DNA of 64,000 nucleotides from a virus (Duplodnaviria; Heunggongvirae; Uroviricota; Caudoviricetes): IMG/VR virus record IMGVR_UViG_3300037067_007156, positions 205,519 to 269,518 of that record; one strand, 5' to 3'. Shown piece by piece: positions 1 to 9,160 of this stretch (position 1 is its first letter; each line of letters starts with the position of its first letter). The notes under the pieces were generated by a model. It saw only the letters and a program-made list of their open reading frames with translations, ran no database searches and was not told where the DNA came from. The position numbers and the translations under genes were made by a program.

Positions 1-143
1 TTACCAAAATATAATAGTAGTGATTTTACAATAAAAACATTACAAGAAATATATGATTCTGAATAAAAAATATGTGCAGTGGATTCTTTTTTCTAAAATT
101 TTATAACACAAAAGTTAATTTGGTGAACTGAACTCACACTTAC

Positions 144-238
144 ACATAACGGTTTGGGGTATATATGCAATACCCGAAGTAGAAACTTTAAATTTAGTAT
201 AAACCTTAATAGGGTATTGCATATATACCTTGTTATCA
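144..238. mobile_element. attC-like recombination site (integron-like cassette boundary)
   Basis: Perfect 18-bp inverted repeat GGTATATATGCAATACCC (158-175) / GGGTATTGCATATATACC (212-229), flanked by ATAAC (146-150) and GTTAT (232-236). It lies directly before a small ORF and near a tyrosine recombinase. Confidence 0.6.
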
Positions 239-250
239 AATGTTTTAAAT

Positions 251-472
251 ATGATTACAAAAGAACAATACAATTTATCTTTAGTTATTATTAAAAAGTA
301 TAACGAAGAAAATCCATTAAATGAATTATTGATTGAATTAGACGAACACACATTTAAATTAGAAGAATTAAAACTAATAGAAAGAGGTTATTCTTATGCA
401 GATGTTCCAATTTTAAATAATGGTAAATATTCAGCATTATTTATTAGACGAGATTTCTTAAATGTTTGCTAA
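251..472 (+). CDS. small hypothetical protein (putative gene cassette)
   Basis: Track ORF 230..472, with the more plausible ATG at 251 after the att-like site. The stop codon TAA is part of GCTAACG. Confidence 0.7.
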   Translation: MITKEQYNLSLVIIKKYNEENPLNELLIELDEHTFKLEELKLIERGYSYADVPILNNGKYSALFIRRDFLNVC

Positions 473-504
473 CGTTTGACGGAGCGTCTTTGCCTTGCTA
501 CTAA

Positions 505-969
505 CATAAATGTATAATTTTATTGGGATATTCTTGTGGGTTACGAATATCAGAGGTGATTAATTTAAAAATTAAAGATATTGATTCAAAAAGAATGATT
601 ATCAATATTATTCAAAGTAAAGGAAGAAAAGATAGAATTGTTAAATTACCATATAATTTATTACTATTATTGAGATTATATTATAAAGAATATAAACCAA
701 ACACATATTTATTTAACGGACAAAACAAACTCTCACAATATTCAACAGAAAGTTGTAATAAATTAGTAAAACATTATTTAGGTAATGATTATCATTTTCA
801 TCTTTTACGACATTCATATGCAACACATTTACACGAAAAAGGTGTTGATTTAAGAATCATTCAAAAATCGCTTGGTCACAATTCAATTAAAACAACGGAA
901 ATATATACACATGTAAGTGTTCAAAACATTACAAAATATTCCAGATTTAATATAATAATTATAATATGA
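505..969 (+). pseudogene. tyrosine recombinase (XerD/phage integrase family), catalytic domain only, 5'-truncated
   Basis: Motifs [26 protein letters not shown] and IYTH give the R-K-H-R-H-Y set. There is an in-frame TAA at 502-504 just before HKCIILLGY, and no N-terminal core-binding domain. Confidence 0.8.
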
Positions 970-1949
970 TAGGAGTGCATGTAAACTGGACTAAGCCACA
1001 CTTTGATAGAGAAAAAAGAGTAAATGGTACACTCCTTATCAATGGTAAACGAGATATTAGACCATATAAAATGTCTAATTATTTATTATTATGTCAAATA
1101 TTATCGGCTTTATTCTGGAAAAAATATAATGGTGAAGTTCATTTATATACCGACAGAGAGGGGTTCAATTATTATCAAAAACTTGGTGTACATAAATTTT
1201 ATGATTATGTTAATATAGATTTATTAGAAAATTATGAAAATGTAAATCCTGAAGTGTTCTGGGCTGCTGGTAAGTTATATATTGAAAAGGTTTTACCTTG
1301 TCCATTTGTTATGCTTGATACTGATTTGTATCTTGAAATGAATTTAAATGAAGTGAATTATTATGCAACGCCTATTAGTTCTACGCATTTAGAAGATACA
1401 TATGAACCTTATTATCCCTCGATAGATAAAGTATTGTCTCATACAAAATATAATTTTCCAGAGAACTTCAAATGGGATAAACGGGCATTTAATGTATCCT
1501 TATTATACTGGGGTGATGATAAAATAAAAAATGATTTCATTGATATTGCTTTTGGGTATATGAATAACTCTAATCCCCAAAAGGTAAATATTGATGAATA
1601 TCATAGTAGAATTATATTTGCTGAACAGAAACTTTTGGGTGAATATATTTTTAGTAATAATATTCCTTTTACTACATTAATTAAAGAATCTTATAATCCG
1701 AGAGGTGTAGAAAAAAATGATGAACAACTGTGGTATGATTATGGTAACGGTGAAAACAAAGATAAAATAAGTAAAAAAATGTTACATATTTGGGGAAGAA
1801 AGAAAATATTTGATGTTAATATTACCGAAAGAGAAGTTATTGAGCATTTATTCATGGATTTGGTGGAAATTAATTTTCCACTATATAAAAATAAAATAAC
1901 CTCCATCTTTGAAAAAAATAAAGATAGAGGATATTACATTACAAACTAA
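966..1949 (+). CDS. DUF6734-like nucleotide-sugar transferase-fold protein
   Basis: [26 protein letters not shown], the DxD-like [13 protein letters not shown] and a C-terminal HIWG match this GT-A-like family as I recall it. Confidence 0.55.
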   Translation: MIGVHVNWTKPHFDREKRVNGTLLINGKRDIRPYKMSNYLLLCQILSALFWKKYNGEVHLYTDREGFNYYQKLGVHKFYDYVNIDLLENYENVNPEVFWAAGKLYIEKVLPCPFVMLDTDLYLEMNLNEVNYYATPISSTHLEDTYEPYYPSIDKVLSHTKYNFPENFKWDKRAFNVSLLYWGDDKIKNDFIDIAFGYMNNSNPQKVNIDEYHSRIIFAEQKLLGEYIFSNNIPFTTLIKESYNPRGVEKNDEQLWYDYGNGENKDKISKKMLHIWGRKKIFDVNITEREVIEHLFMDLVEINFPLYKNKITSIFEKNKDRGYYITN

Positions 1950-1979
1950 AAATATTTTTAGTTGGATATTTAATTATGT

Positions 1980-2465
1980 TTACCAAATAAATAGAAAAAG
2001 GATAAATTTTTTAATTTTTTCTTTTAATGGGAGAATAATTAGAGTTTTGTCACGATATACAAAACCTATAATTTCTTTTATATTTTTATCATAAAGCGTG
2101 TGATATTCTCTAATGGCTTTGCGAAAGAAAAATATTTTTAAAAGATAAAACATTAAAGTGAGTGCTGGTAAGATGAATATTGCAGTGCTGTTAATAATTG
2201 AAAAAAATGTGATGCTTAACATTGCGAATGTTAAATATTTAAAAAGGATTGAATAGGATAGGTATATATGGGTTAGTTCCAGAACCATTTCATCCATTTT
2301 TTCTAAAAATAATTCTTTATTATCACCCTTTAAAATTAGGTTATTAAAGTAATCCCAACCTTTATATTGATTCCAAATGTGTTTTTTATTTTTCTTGAAC
2401 ACCAGTCCGATAAATGCATAATCGCCATTGAGATTGATTTCTGTTGTATTAAACATGTTATTCAT
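1980..2465 (-). CDS. hypothetical membrane protein
   Basis: 161-aa ORF with two hydrophobic segments. Confidence 0.6.
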   Translation of the reverse strand: MNNMFNTTEINLNGDYAFIGLVFKKNKKHIWNQYKGWDYFNNLILKGDNKELFLEKMDEMVLELTHIYLSYSILFKYLTFAMLSITFFSIINSTAIFILPALTLMFYLLKIFFFRKAIREYHTLYDKNIKEIIGFVYRDKTLIILPLKEKIKKFILFLFIW

Positions 2466-2525
2466 GATATATTTTTTAGTTTGTAATTATTTTTATTTCT
2501 CTTTATGATACAAATTAAACAAATA

Positions 2526-2553
2526 AACCCGTATAAAAAAAATTACACGGGTT
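2526..2553 (-). terminator. putative intrinsic terminator
   Basis: AACCCGT/ACGGGTT stem just downstream of the 2577..3020 gene, with a T-rich tail on the minus strand. Confidence 0.45.
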
Positions 2554-2576
2554 AAAAATATTTTATTCTAAAAATA

Positions 2577-3020
2577 TTAATAATTACCTACGGCAGACGA
2601 TAAACCTGTTGGTGCTGATAACTGGCCAGTTTTAGCATAAAGTTTACCAGCTTTAGGGTCTATACCGTATATTTTAGCTGCTTTTGGATTAAGTAAAGCA
2701 TCATTATACACTTTTACAAAACTAAAAAGTACATCAGGTTGAGTCTTTGGGTTTTTGATAAGTTCGGCTTTCTTAGCCATAGCAGCATCACCTAATTTTG
2801 TACCAGGATTAGATAATGTGAAAGAATTTACAATATTTCCAACTAATTTATTTTGTATTAAGTTGTCAACATCAGCCTCTTCCAATTTACCTTTAGCTGC
2901 TAAATCAGCTATAAGCTGTTTCTGTTCTTTATTCATACCGAATAAACCTTCATTAGTTTCAGTTGTTTCGGTATCTAATGAATATTGTTCAAATGTTTTT
3001 AAATGTTTTAAATCTTTCAT
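2577..3020 (-). CDS. hypothetical protein with capsid-targeting-like leader
   Basis: N-terminus MKDLKHLKTFEQY...TNEGLFG. Confidence 0.8.
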   Translation of the reverse strand: MKDLKHLKTFEQYSLDTETTETNEGLFGMNKEQKQLIADLAAKGKLEEADVDNLIQNKLVGNIVNSFTLSNPGTKLGDAAMAKKAELIKNPKTQPDVLFSFVKVYNDALLNPKAAKIYGIDPKAGKLYAKTGQLSAPTGLSSAVGNY

Positions 3021-3043
3021 TTTTAGTCTGATAATTTTTTAAT

Positions 3044-3053
3044 TATATATTAA
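3044..3053 (-). promoter_or_regulatory. TTAATATATA motif (putative late promoter)
   Basis: About 24 nt upstream of the 3020 start. The same 10-mer precedes many virion genes. Confidence 0.55.
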
Positions 3054-3159
3054 ATAATAATATTCAATTTTTTTATTGGTTTTATATATTAAATAAAAAA
3101 TATGGAAAAAGTTTAAAGAAGCCCATATTATTAAAATATATAAGAATAAAAATTAAATT

Positions 3160-3486
3160 TTGACTTCAATTTATTTAATAGAATGTATAAATGAATATGA
3201 TGAACCTATATATAAAATAGGACATACTAAAAATGAGCCGATTAAAAGATTGCGCCAATTACAAACAGGGAATGGTAAAAAATTGAAATTGGTAGGTGAA
3301 TATTCGACGAGTTTTGGTATGAAACTTGAAAAAAGACTACATATACATTTTTCTTATGCAAATGTTAATAATGAGTGGTTTAAATTGACATTTGAAGATG
3401 TTATTAATTTTAAAAATATTTGTGATAATATTGAGAAAGGATTAAGAATAATGGAAGGTTCGAATTATTTTTTCAATAAAATATAA
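3160..3486 (+). CDS. GIY-YIG superfamily (T5orf172/Mug113-like) protein
   Basis: IYLI...YKIGHT...RLRQLQTGN...LEKRLH.HF....NEWF. TTG start. Confidence 0.85.
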   Translation: MTSIYLIECINEYDEPIYKIGHTKNEPIKRLRQLQTGNGKKLKLVGEYSTSFGMKLEKRLHIHFSYANVNNEWFKLTFEDVINFKNICDNIEKGLRIMEGSNYFFNKI

Positions 3487-3624
3487 CATTTTTTGAAGTA
3501 AAATTCGTTTATGTTAATAATCACTGAAAACAATTTTTAAAAAAACAAAGAACCGATAAAAATTGTTTTCAAAGTTACAGAAAATTTAGATAAAAAACAA
3601 TACTTAAAAAATAAAAAAGATAAT

Positions 3625-4110
3625 ATGATAATAACTATTAAACCGGAAGATATTATAAAAAGGTGTTTATGGACAGATTATAGAAGATTTGCTTTAAAAA
3701 ATCTCACGGAAGAAGAAATTAATGAAATAATTGAAAAAAATGAACCGACTGTGATTTCGGAAGATGTAGCTTATGTTATTGGATTATTAAAGTGTATTGA
3801 AACTGATAATTTGATACATAGGTTTAATCAATATTTATTAGAAGATTTACAAATAAAAAGTAATTTATATGAAGATAGTCTTTATATAAACAAGAATGTT
3901 ATTAATAAAGATGTATTGAGTTTCAAATATCGTTTTCCAGAAGCTTATAAAACTGATAAAAATTATTTATTAGCAATAAAAGATGTGGTTGAATATATCG
4001 ATATTTTAAAAGAACGTATGGATACTTTAACTATAAAATATATTGTTAATAATGAAAAAACTTATGAATGCTTAAATTCAAACGAAATAAAGAAATTATT
4101 AACTTTATAA
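3625..4110 (+). CDS. hypothetical protein
   Basis: 161-aa ORF with A-rich start context. Confidence 0.75.
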   Translation: MIITIKPEDIIKRCLWTDYRRFALKNLTEEEINEIIEKNEPTVISEDVAYVIGLLKCIETDNLIHRFNQYLLEDLQIKSNLYEDSLYINKNVINKDVLSFKYRFPEAYKTDKNYLLAIKDVVEYIDILKERMDTLTIKYIVNNEKTYECLNSNEIKKLLTL

Positions 4111-4185
4111 TTCAGTATATGGTATTACTGATATTATTTTAACTTCGGAATATGGGAATAATATTATTTCAATATAATTTTATTT

Positions 4186-4755
4186 TTAATAACCGACTTT
4201 ATATAATGTTCGACTGGTGTGTAAATCTAATCCATAATCGATTAGAATTACTTTATCGTTAATTTCACCCCATGCTGATATATCCGATAAATCAAATGCA
4301 TCTAAGTTATATTTTTTTATTAAATTTTTTATTTTAATAGCAAAAGGTTTATCATTATAAAATTCCTCAAATTCTTCTCCACCCCATCCCCTCAACCAAC
4401 TCCAGAATCCAGTGAATTGAAACCCTGTTAGTTCTTCGAATTTTTCTTCTGAAATTAACTTAGCTTTTTCTTGAATTAACCATTCACCATCTTTATTATA
4501 TTCTAAAACTTTAGCGACAACATCTTGATATTCAACATCACTTCCAACTTTAATTTCAGTTAAATTTTGTGCAATTCCTTTATTATTTTTAGCCAATTTT
4601 AACACTCTGTTTTCATCTAATGAATACACAGCTCTACCTGTTCCAGATTTTTTATTTTTTATCTCTTGTTGAACAACATCTTTTCTTTGTTTAAAAGTTT
4701 TTAATCCTTTCAGTTTTTCTTGGTCAAAATAATCAAACAATTTAATATATTTCAT
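4186..4755 (-). CDS. minimal protein-kinase-like (PKL fold) protein with capsid-targeting-like leader
   Basis: Gly loop SGTGRAVY, VLK lysine, helix-C Glu (QNLTE), catalytic-loop DLSDISAWG and a DFG-like IDYG. Leader MKYIKLFDYF. Confidence 0.7.
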   Translation of the reverse strand: MKYIKLFDYFDQEKLKGLKTFKQRKDVVQQEIKNKKSGTGRAVYSLDENRVLKLAKNNKGIAQNLTEIKVGSDVEYQDVVAKVLEYNKDGEWLIQEKAKLISEEKFEELTGFQFTGFWSWLRGWGGEEFEEFYNDKPFAIKIKNLIKKYNLDAFDLSDISAWGEINDKVILIDYGLDLHTSRTLYKVGY

Positions 4756-5258
4756 TTTATATTTTTATATTTATCCATTTTTTGTTCTGCTTCTGCATAA
4801 TATATCTCTAATAATTTATTAAAATTTTGTTTTAAATCTTCTAATGTATGTTGTCTTAAATCTAACGCATATTGGCAATTTTCTTCTTCTATATTAAATA
4901 TTAAACCATCATACCCTTGTTCTTTTGCACCAATAGCTGTAATTGCATCTGTGATTAATTCAAATTCATAATTAGCATCTAATTCGTTTAATTTATCTAA
5001 TTTTTCAAAATCTTGGTCATTTCCAAAATCTTCATAACTTACCAAAGAACACTTTGAACCTTCTACAACTTGATATGTCTTAATTTTATCATTTTTATTA
5101 AATGAAAATTCAGATTTTATTGAATGTAGGTGTTTAAATTCTTCACTATTACTACTTCCCCAATTCCCAAAATCACCTTTTATTTTACCATACCTTGTAA
5201 ATATTATTTTATCATTTTCTTTATCCTTGAAATGTTCAAACAATTTAATATATTTCAT
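4752..5258 (-). CDS. hypothetical protein with leader; weak ART-PolyVal-like C-terminus
   Basis: Leader MKYIKLFEHF and a KEQGYDGLIF motif. Confidence 0.65.
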   Translation of the reverse strand: MKYIKLFEHFKDKENDKIIFTRYGKIKGDFGNWGSSNSEEFKHLHSIKSEFSFNKNDKIKTYQVVEGSKCSLVSYEDFGNDQDFEKLDKLNELDANYEFELITDAITAIGAKEQGYDGLIFNIEEENCQYALDLRQHTLEDLKQNFNKLLEIYYAEAEQKMDKYKNIK

Positions 5259-5260
5259 AT

Positions 5261-7630
5261 TTATTTAAAATTTTTTGTTTCAATATTTTGTGCGTATATC
5301 TTCCTATTAGCATTATCAGCTATGATAAGATGTCCAGCATCCTTAATAACATTTTGATTTAATATGTTATTCAGATGGTTTTCTTCTATTATATTATCAA
5401 ATATTCTTAGATTTGAATAACATATATCCGAACCATATAATTTAACAGATTCTGCATGACTAAAATCTTGTGGTTCAACACACTCGAATGTTTTATCATA
5501 TAATATTACAAATTCTGATATTGCTGTTTGATTATATTCAGTATTTAAAACAGGTCTATAACCATTTACTTCAGCTTCGGTTCTTCCAGTTAAATTATCA
5601 TAATTAATAATCACTTTCTCATAACTATCTGTTTGAAAATATGTTACTTCTACATCAGTCATTCTTTTAACTATTTTAATATTAAGAATTTGTTGACGTT
5701 GATTCAAATTTATAATCAAACCATACCATATATTTGTTGATAAATCCGGTACGTCTAATGTATATGTTTGGCTATTCAAATGAAAATATATTTTTTTATT
5801 TTTATAGTAATATTTATAACCAACATAATTTGTTGAATCATAATTATCTAATAAATGAAATGTATTATGTATGTCTATGTTATAAGCAGTAAATGTTTTT
5901 TTAGTTAAAGACCTTCCTTCATCATACATAGAATTAAATTTAAACCAAGAAATAAAAGCTCGGTCATCATTTTTATTCAAAATATTATCTACATTAATAT
6001 ATTCAATAGCTTTTTTATTTAACATGTTTGTTAGAATATAATAATTTCGGATATAGTCCACTTCACCATTATATACAACTTCATTTAATATACTAACTTT
6101 GGATGAAATAGCATGACGAATTTTATCCATCGATTTTGGATAGGTTTGGTCTTTATTTGCAATTTTATTTTCATCTTTCTCTTTTTCAAATCCAAATAAA
6201 GCATCAATTGTTGTATTATTTGTGAGAGTTTCGATAGCTTTTTTAGTTGTTTCTTGTTTATGTTGAATATTAACTTTTTCTTCATATTTTTCAAGAATAA
6301 CTTTATAATAAATACCTGCGTTCATAATATCTTTGTATAATTGGGTATGTTTTACATAATATAATCTATTAGGTATACAGAAATATAAAATATCATTTTC
6401 ACCTGGTCGTTCTTCTATACCAAATGCGTTTTTAAATACATCTTTTAATATATGTACTTCAAATGTGTCAAATAAATCCAAATTAAAATTGTTAATTTTA
6501 ATTGTATTATCTGGAAATTTGTTTTCTGGAACAATTACTTTTATTTGTTTTAATGAAACTACATTATATAAAGCATATTCATGTAAATGGTAATCAATAC
6601 CATTTTTATCCGGGTCAACCCTATAATAATCTACACCCCACCCAAATATTGTATTTGTTTGATTAGCTAAAGTGGAATAAAGATTAGTGATTTGTGTTAT
6701 CGCTGTTGAATCATACGGATTCCATGTCGTTGTAGATGTTGTAGTGGTCGTTGTTGTAGTTGTGGTCGAAGTCGCTAACGTATCTGAATAACAACTTAAT
6801 CCATTAGTTTCACCATTATATATTAATTGTTTTTCAATTTCAGCACTCACTGTATTACCACTTGTAAAAGCTGTTATACAATCTTCTTTTAATCCGTATT
6901 TATTTATTTTCAAACCATTGGCCGATACATTTTGAAAATCACCCACTAAAATAATATCAAAAATTTTGATTGCTGACGAACTATTATTTGTTTTTTTAAT
7001 TAAATATTGTACTTTGGCAAATCTAAGTTCATTTATATCTTTGCGAATGGCCTGAATATTTTCTTTTGTTAAAGGATACCATTTAGTATATGTGTATCCA
7101 CCATCCTGAGTAATTCTAAATTTAATATCTAAATCTGCATCATTTAATAAACCAGTCTGAGAAACTATGAAATCTTCCAAATCAAATATTTTGTATATAT
7201 CTTTTGGTTCTAATATTACTTCATCACCAGCTGTTGTTAATGTTATAATACCATCAGTTGTTAAAATGTTATATTCAGTTTCTACTATTACATTTGAAAT
7301 AGTGGTTGCTGGTGCTGATGAATTTCCCTCATCTACAAAATAAAAATATATTTTTAAACCTATTGGACAATCTTTATTTAATTCAATAGCTGTTAATTCT
7401 GATATATCTAATAAATCCGACCATAATTCACATATTTTTATTTTAAATTTAACCTGTATATATTCAGCTGAAGGAGTGTATTCGTAATTTATACCAGTTA
7501 TTTTAGTAACACCTGTTATTGGGTCTGGTGTTTCTAATACTAATACTTTATTATTCGAATCTAATACTACCGAACCAATGAAGTTTATCGAAGCTGTTCC
7601 ATTATATCTTTTATTAAGAATATATTGCAT
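5261..7630 (-). CDS. virion protein with T4 gp14-like neck/head-completion domain plus extra beta-rich domains
   Basis: RPGENDILYFCIPNRLYYVKH...AGIYYKVILEKYE resembles gp14 RPNEGDLIYFP..N.LFEI. Also a poly-Thr linker and a LamG-like C-terminal region. Confidence 0.55.
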   Translation of the reverse strand: MQYILNKRYNGTASINFIGSVVLDSNNKVLVLETPDPITGVTKITGINYEYTPSAEYIQVKFKIKICELWSDLLDISELTAIELNKDCPIGLKIYFYFVDEGNSSAPATTISNVIVETEYNILTTDGIITLTTAGDEVILEPKDIYKIFDLEDFIVSQTGLLNDADLDIKFRITQDGGYTYTKWYPLTKENIQAIRKDINELRFAKVQYLIKKTNNSSSAIKIFDIILVGDFQNVSANGLKINKYGLKEDCITAFTSGNTVSAEIEKQLIYNGETNGLSCYSDTLATSTTTTTTTTTTSTTTWNPYDSTAITQITNLYSTLANQTNTIFGWGVDYYRVDPDKNGIDYHLHEYALYNVVSLKQIKVIVPENKFPDNTIKINNFNLDLFDTFEVHILKDVFKNAFGIEERPGENDILYFCIPNRLYYVKHTQLYKDIMNAGIYYKVILEKYEEKVNIQHKQETTKKAIETLTNNTTIDALFGFEKEKDENKIANKDQTYPKSMDKIRHAISSKVSILNEVVYNGEVDYIRNYYILTNMLNKKAIEYINVDNILNKNDDRAFISWFKFNSMYDEGRSLTKKTFTAYNIDIHNTFHLLDNYDSTNYVGYKYYYKNKKIYFHLNSQTYTLDVPDLSTNIWYGLIINLNQRQQILNIKIVKRMTDVEVTYFQTDSYEKVIINYDNLTGRTEAEVNGYRPVLNTEYNQTAISEFVILYDKTFECVEPQDFSHAESVKLYGSDICYSNLRIFDNIIEENHLNNILNQNVIKDAGHLIIADNANRKIYAQNIETKNFK

Positions 7631-7653
7631 TAAAATATTTTAGATTTTTTATT

Positions 7654-7663
7654 TATATATTAA
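7654..7663 (-). promoter_or_regulatory. TTAATATATA motif (putative late promoter)
   Basis: About 24 nt upstream of the neck gene start. Confidence 0.55.
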
Positions 7664-7749
7664 TATTTTCGTGTGAAAAACAAATTGTGTGAATATTACT
7701 TTTTTAAATAAAAAATAATATCTTTACCATTATTTATAATCATTAATAT

Positions 7750-8253
7750 ATGGAAGCAGATATAGTTTACATATCATGGCCTGAACTTATCAGGTTAACA
7801 GATGATTTTATTAAAAAAGTAACTGAAAAGACATACGATTCTATCATGTGTATTGGTTCTGGTGGATTAGTCCTTGGAAAATTAGTAAGTGACCAGCTTT
7901 CACTCCCCTTATCAGTTATATCTGCTAAATCATATAAAAAAGGTGAAACTGATAAAAAAGATTCTGATGTTTTAATTGGTAGTATATCAACTACTTTTAA
8001 AATTAAAGGTAATATATTATTAATTGACGATTTAGTTGATGGTGGACATACTATGAAAATGGTGAAAGAACACCTTTTAAAAAATAAAAAATTAAAAGAA
8101 ATCACCACTGCAACACTATTTAAAAAACCTATAAGTATTTTCACACCCGATTATTTTGTTGAAGAAGTAAATGATTGGATTGTTTTTCCTTATGAAAAGA
8201 ATGAATTTTTTAAAATAAAAAACATAAAAATAAATGAAAATAAATATAAATAA
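7750..8253 (+). CDS. type I phosphoribosyltransferase (purine PRT, Gpt/Hpt-like)
   Basis: PRPP-binding loop ILLIDDLVDGGHTM, plus WIVFPYE. Confidence 0.9.
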   Translation: MEADIVYISWPELIRLTDDFIKKVTEKTYDSIMCIGSGGLVLGKLVSDQLSLPLSVISAKSYKKGETDKKDSDVLIGSISTTFKIKGNILLIDDLVDGGHTMKMVKEHLLKNKKLKEITTATLFKKPISIFTPDYFVEEVNDWIVFPYEKNEFFKIKNIKINENKYK

Positions 8254-8263
8254 AGTAAAAATT

Positions 8264-9067
8264 TTATACTTTTATATGTTTCCATGTTTTTTCATTTTTT
8301 ATATGACTAACAATATATTTAGAAATATTATATTTTTTAGCAATTTCTGAACCAAACAATAATCCTTCTTTTAAATCTATTTTAATTGCTAATGCTATAT
8401 CATCTGTTATTTTAGCTAAATGACATTGTTCACCATGATAAGAATCTCTACATTTCTGTTTTATTATTTCTGATGTTTTCTTACCAAAATTATGATTTTT
8501 TTCTCCTTTTTGAGCATCACCAATTTTTCTTTTTCGTTCTTCGCTACATGGTTTTAGTTTATATCCTTTTTTATGTATGTATGATTTTTTCTTTTTACCT
8601 TTCAAAGCATCGCTTCTCTTTTTATTTGTTTCTTCAGAATCTTTTTTTCCTTTTCTTGAATTTACTAATTTATCAATACGTTCTTGTGATAATTTAAACC
8701 CTTTATGTGATTCACTTAATTTTTTCTTAGTTTCATCAGATACTATACAACTATCGCCACCAGTAGTTAAATTATAGCCATTTAAAAAACTATCATATTG
8801 TAAAATAAATTCTTTTTCTTTTTGATTTAATATATTTAATATTTCTTCCTTAGATAAAGAATTATTTTCTAATAAAAATAATATATCAAATGTGAAAGAT
8901 TCTAAACCATATTTATTATAACTTGCTAATAAATAATTATTATAATGTTTTCCTTTTTTTAAAGCACTTTTATGTCTATAAAATCTTTGATTAATATTTA
9001 TAGATTGTCCGATATATGATTTATTATTTATAATATTTGTAATTTTATATATTCCTATTTTTATCAT
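8264..9067 (-). CDS. GIY-YIG homing endonuclease with NUMOD3-type DNA-binding repeats
   Basis: GIYKI...YIGQS...R...H, GYNLTTGG and repeated SEETKKKLSESHKG-like motifs. Confidence 0.9.
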   Translation of the reverse strand: MIKIGIYKITNIINNKSYIGQSININQRFYRHKSALKKGKHYNNYLLASYNKYGLESFTFDILFLLENNSLSKEEILNILNQKEKEFILQYDSFLNGYNLTTGGDSCIVSDETKKKLSESHKGFKLSQERIDKLVNSRKGKKDSEETNKKRSDALKGKKKKSYIHKKGYKLKPCSEERKRKIGDAQKGEKNHNFGKKTSEIIKQKCRDSYHGEQCHLAKITDDIALAIKIDLKEGLLFGSEIAKKYNISKYIVSHIKNEKTWKHIKV

Positions 9068-9130
9068 TATCTAAAATATACTTTTTAGAATATATATTAA
9101 TTAATTCATAATAGTTTTTATTTTTACAAA

Positions 9131-9140
9131 TTAATATATA
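9131..9140 (+). promoter_or_regulatory. TTAATATATA motif (putative late promoter)
   Basis: 20 nt upstream of the 9161 start. Confidence 0.55.
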
Positions 9141-9160
9141 AAGAAAAATAAATTATATTA

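Noticed and set aside
505-969. Canonical integron integrase IntI
   Set aside because: It lacks the IntI-specific insertion before the HxxR box, is co-directional with the cassette and is truncated.
6720-6790. Microsatellite or phase-variable tract
   Set aside because: Mixed Thr codons, so this is a protein linker rather than a slippage repeat.
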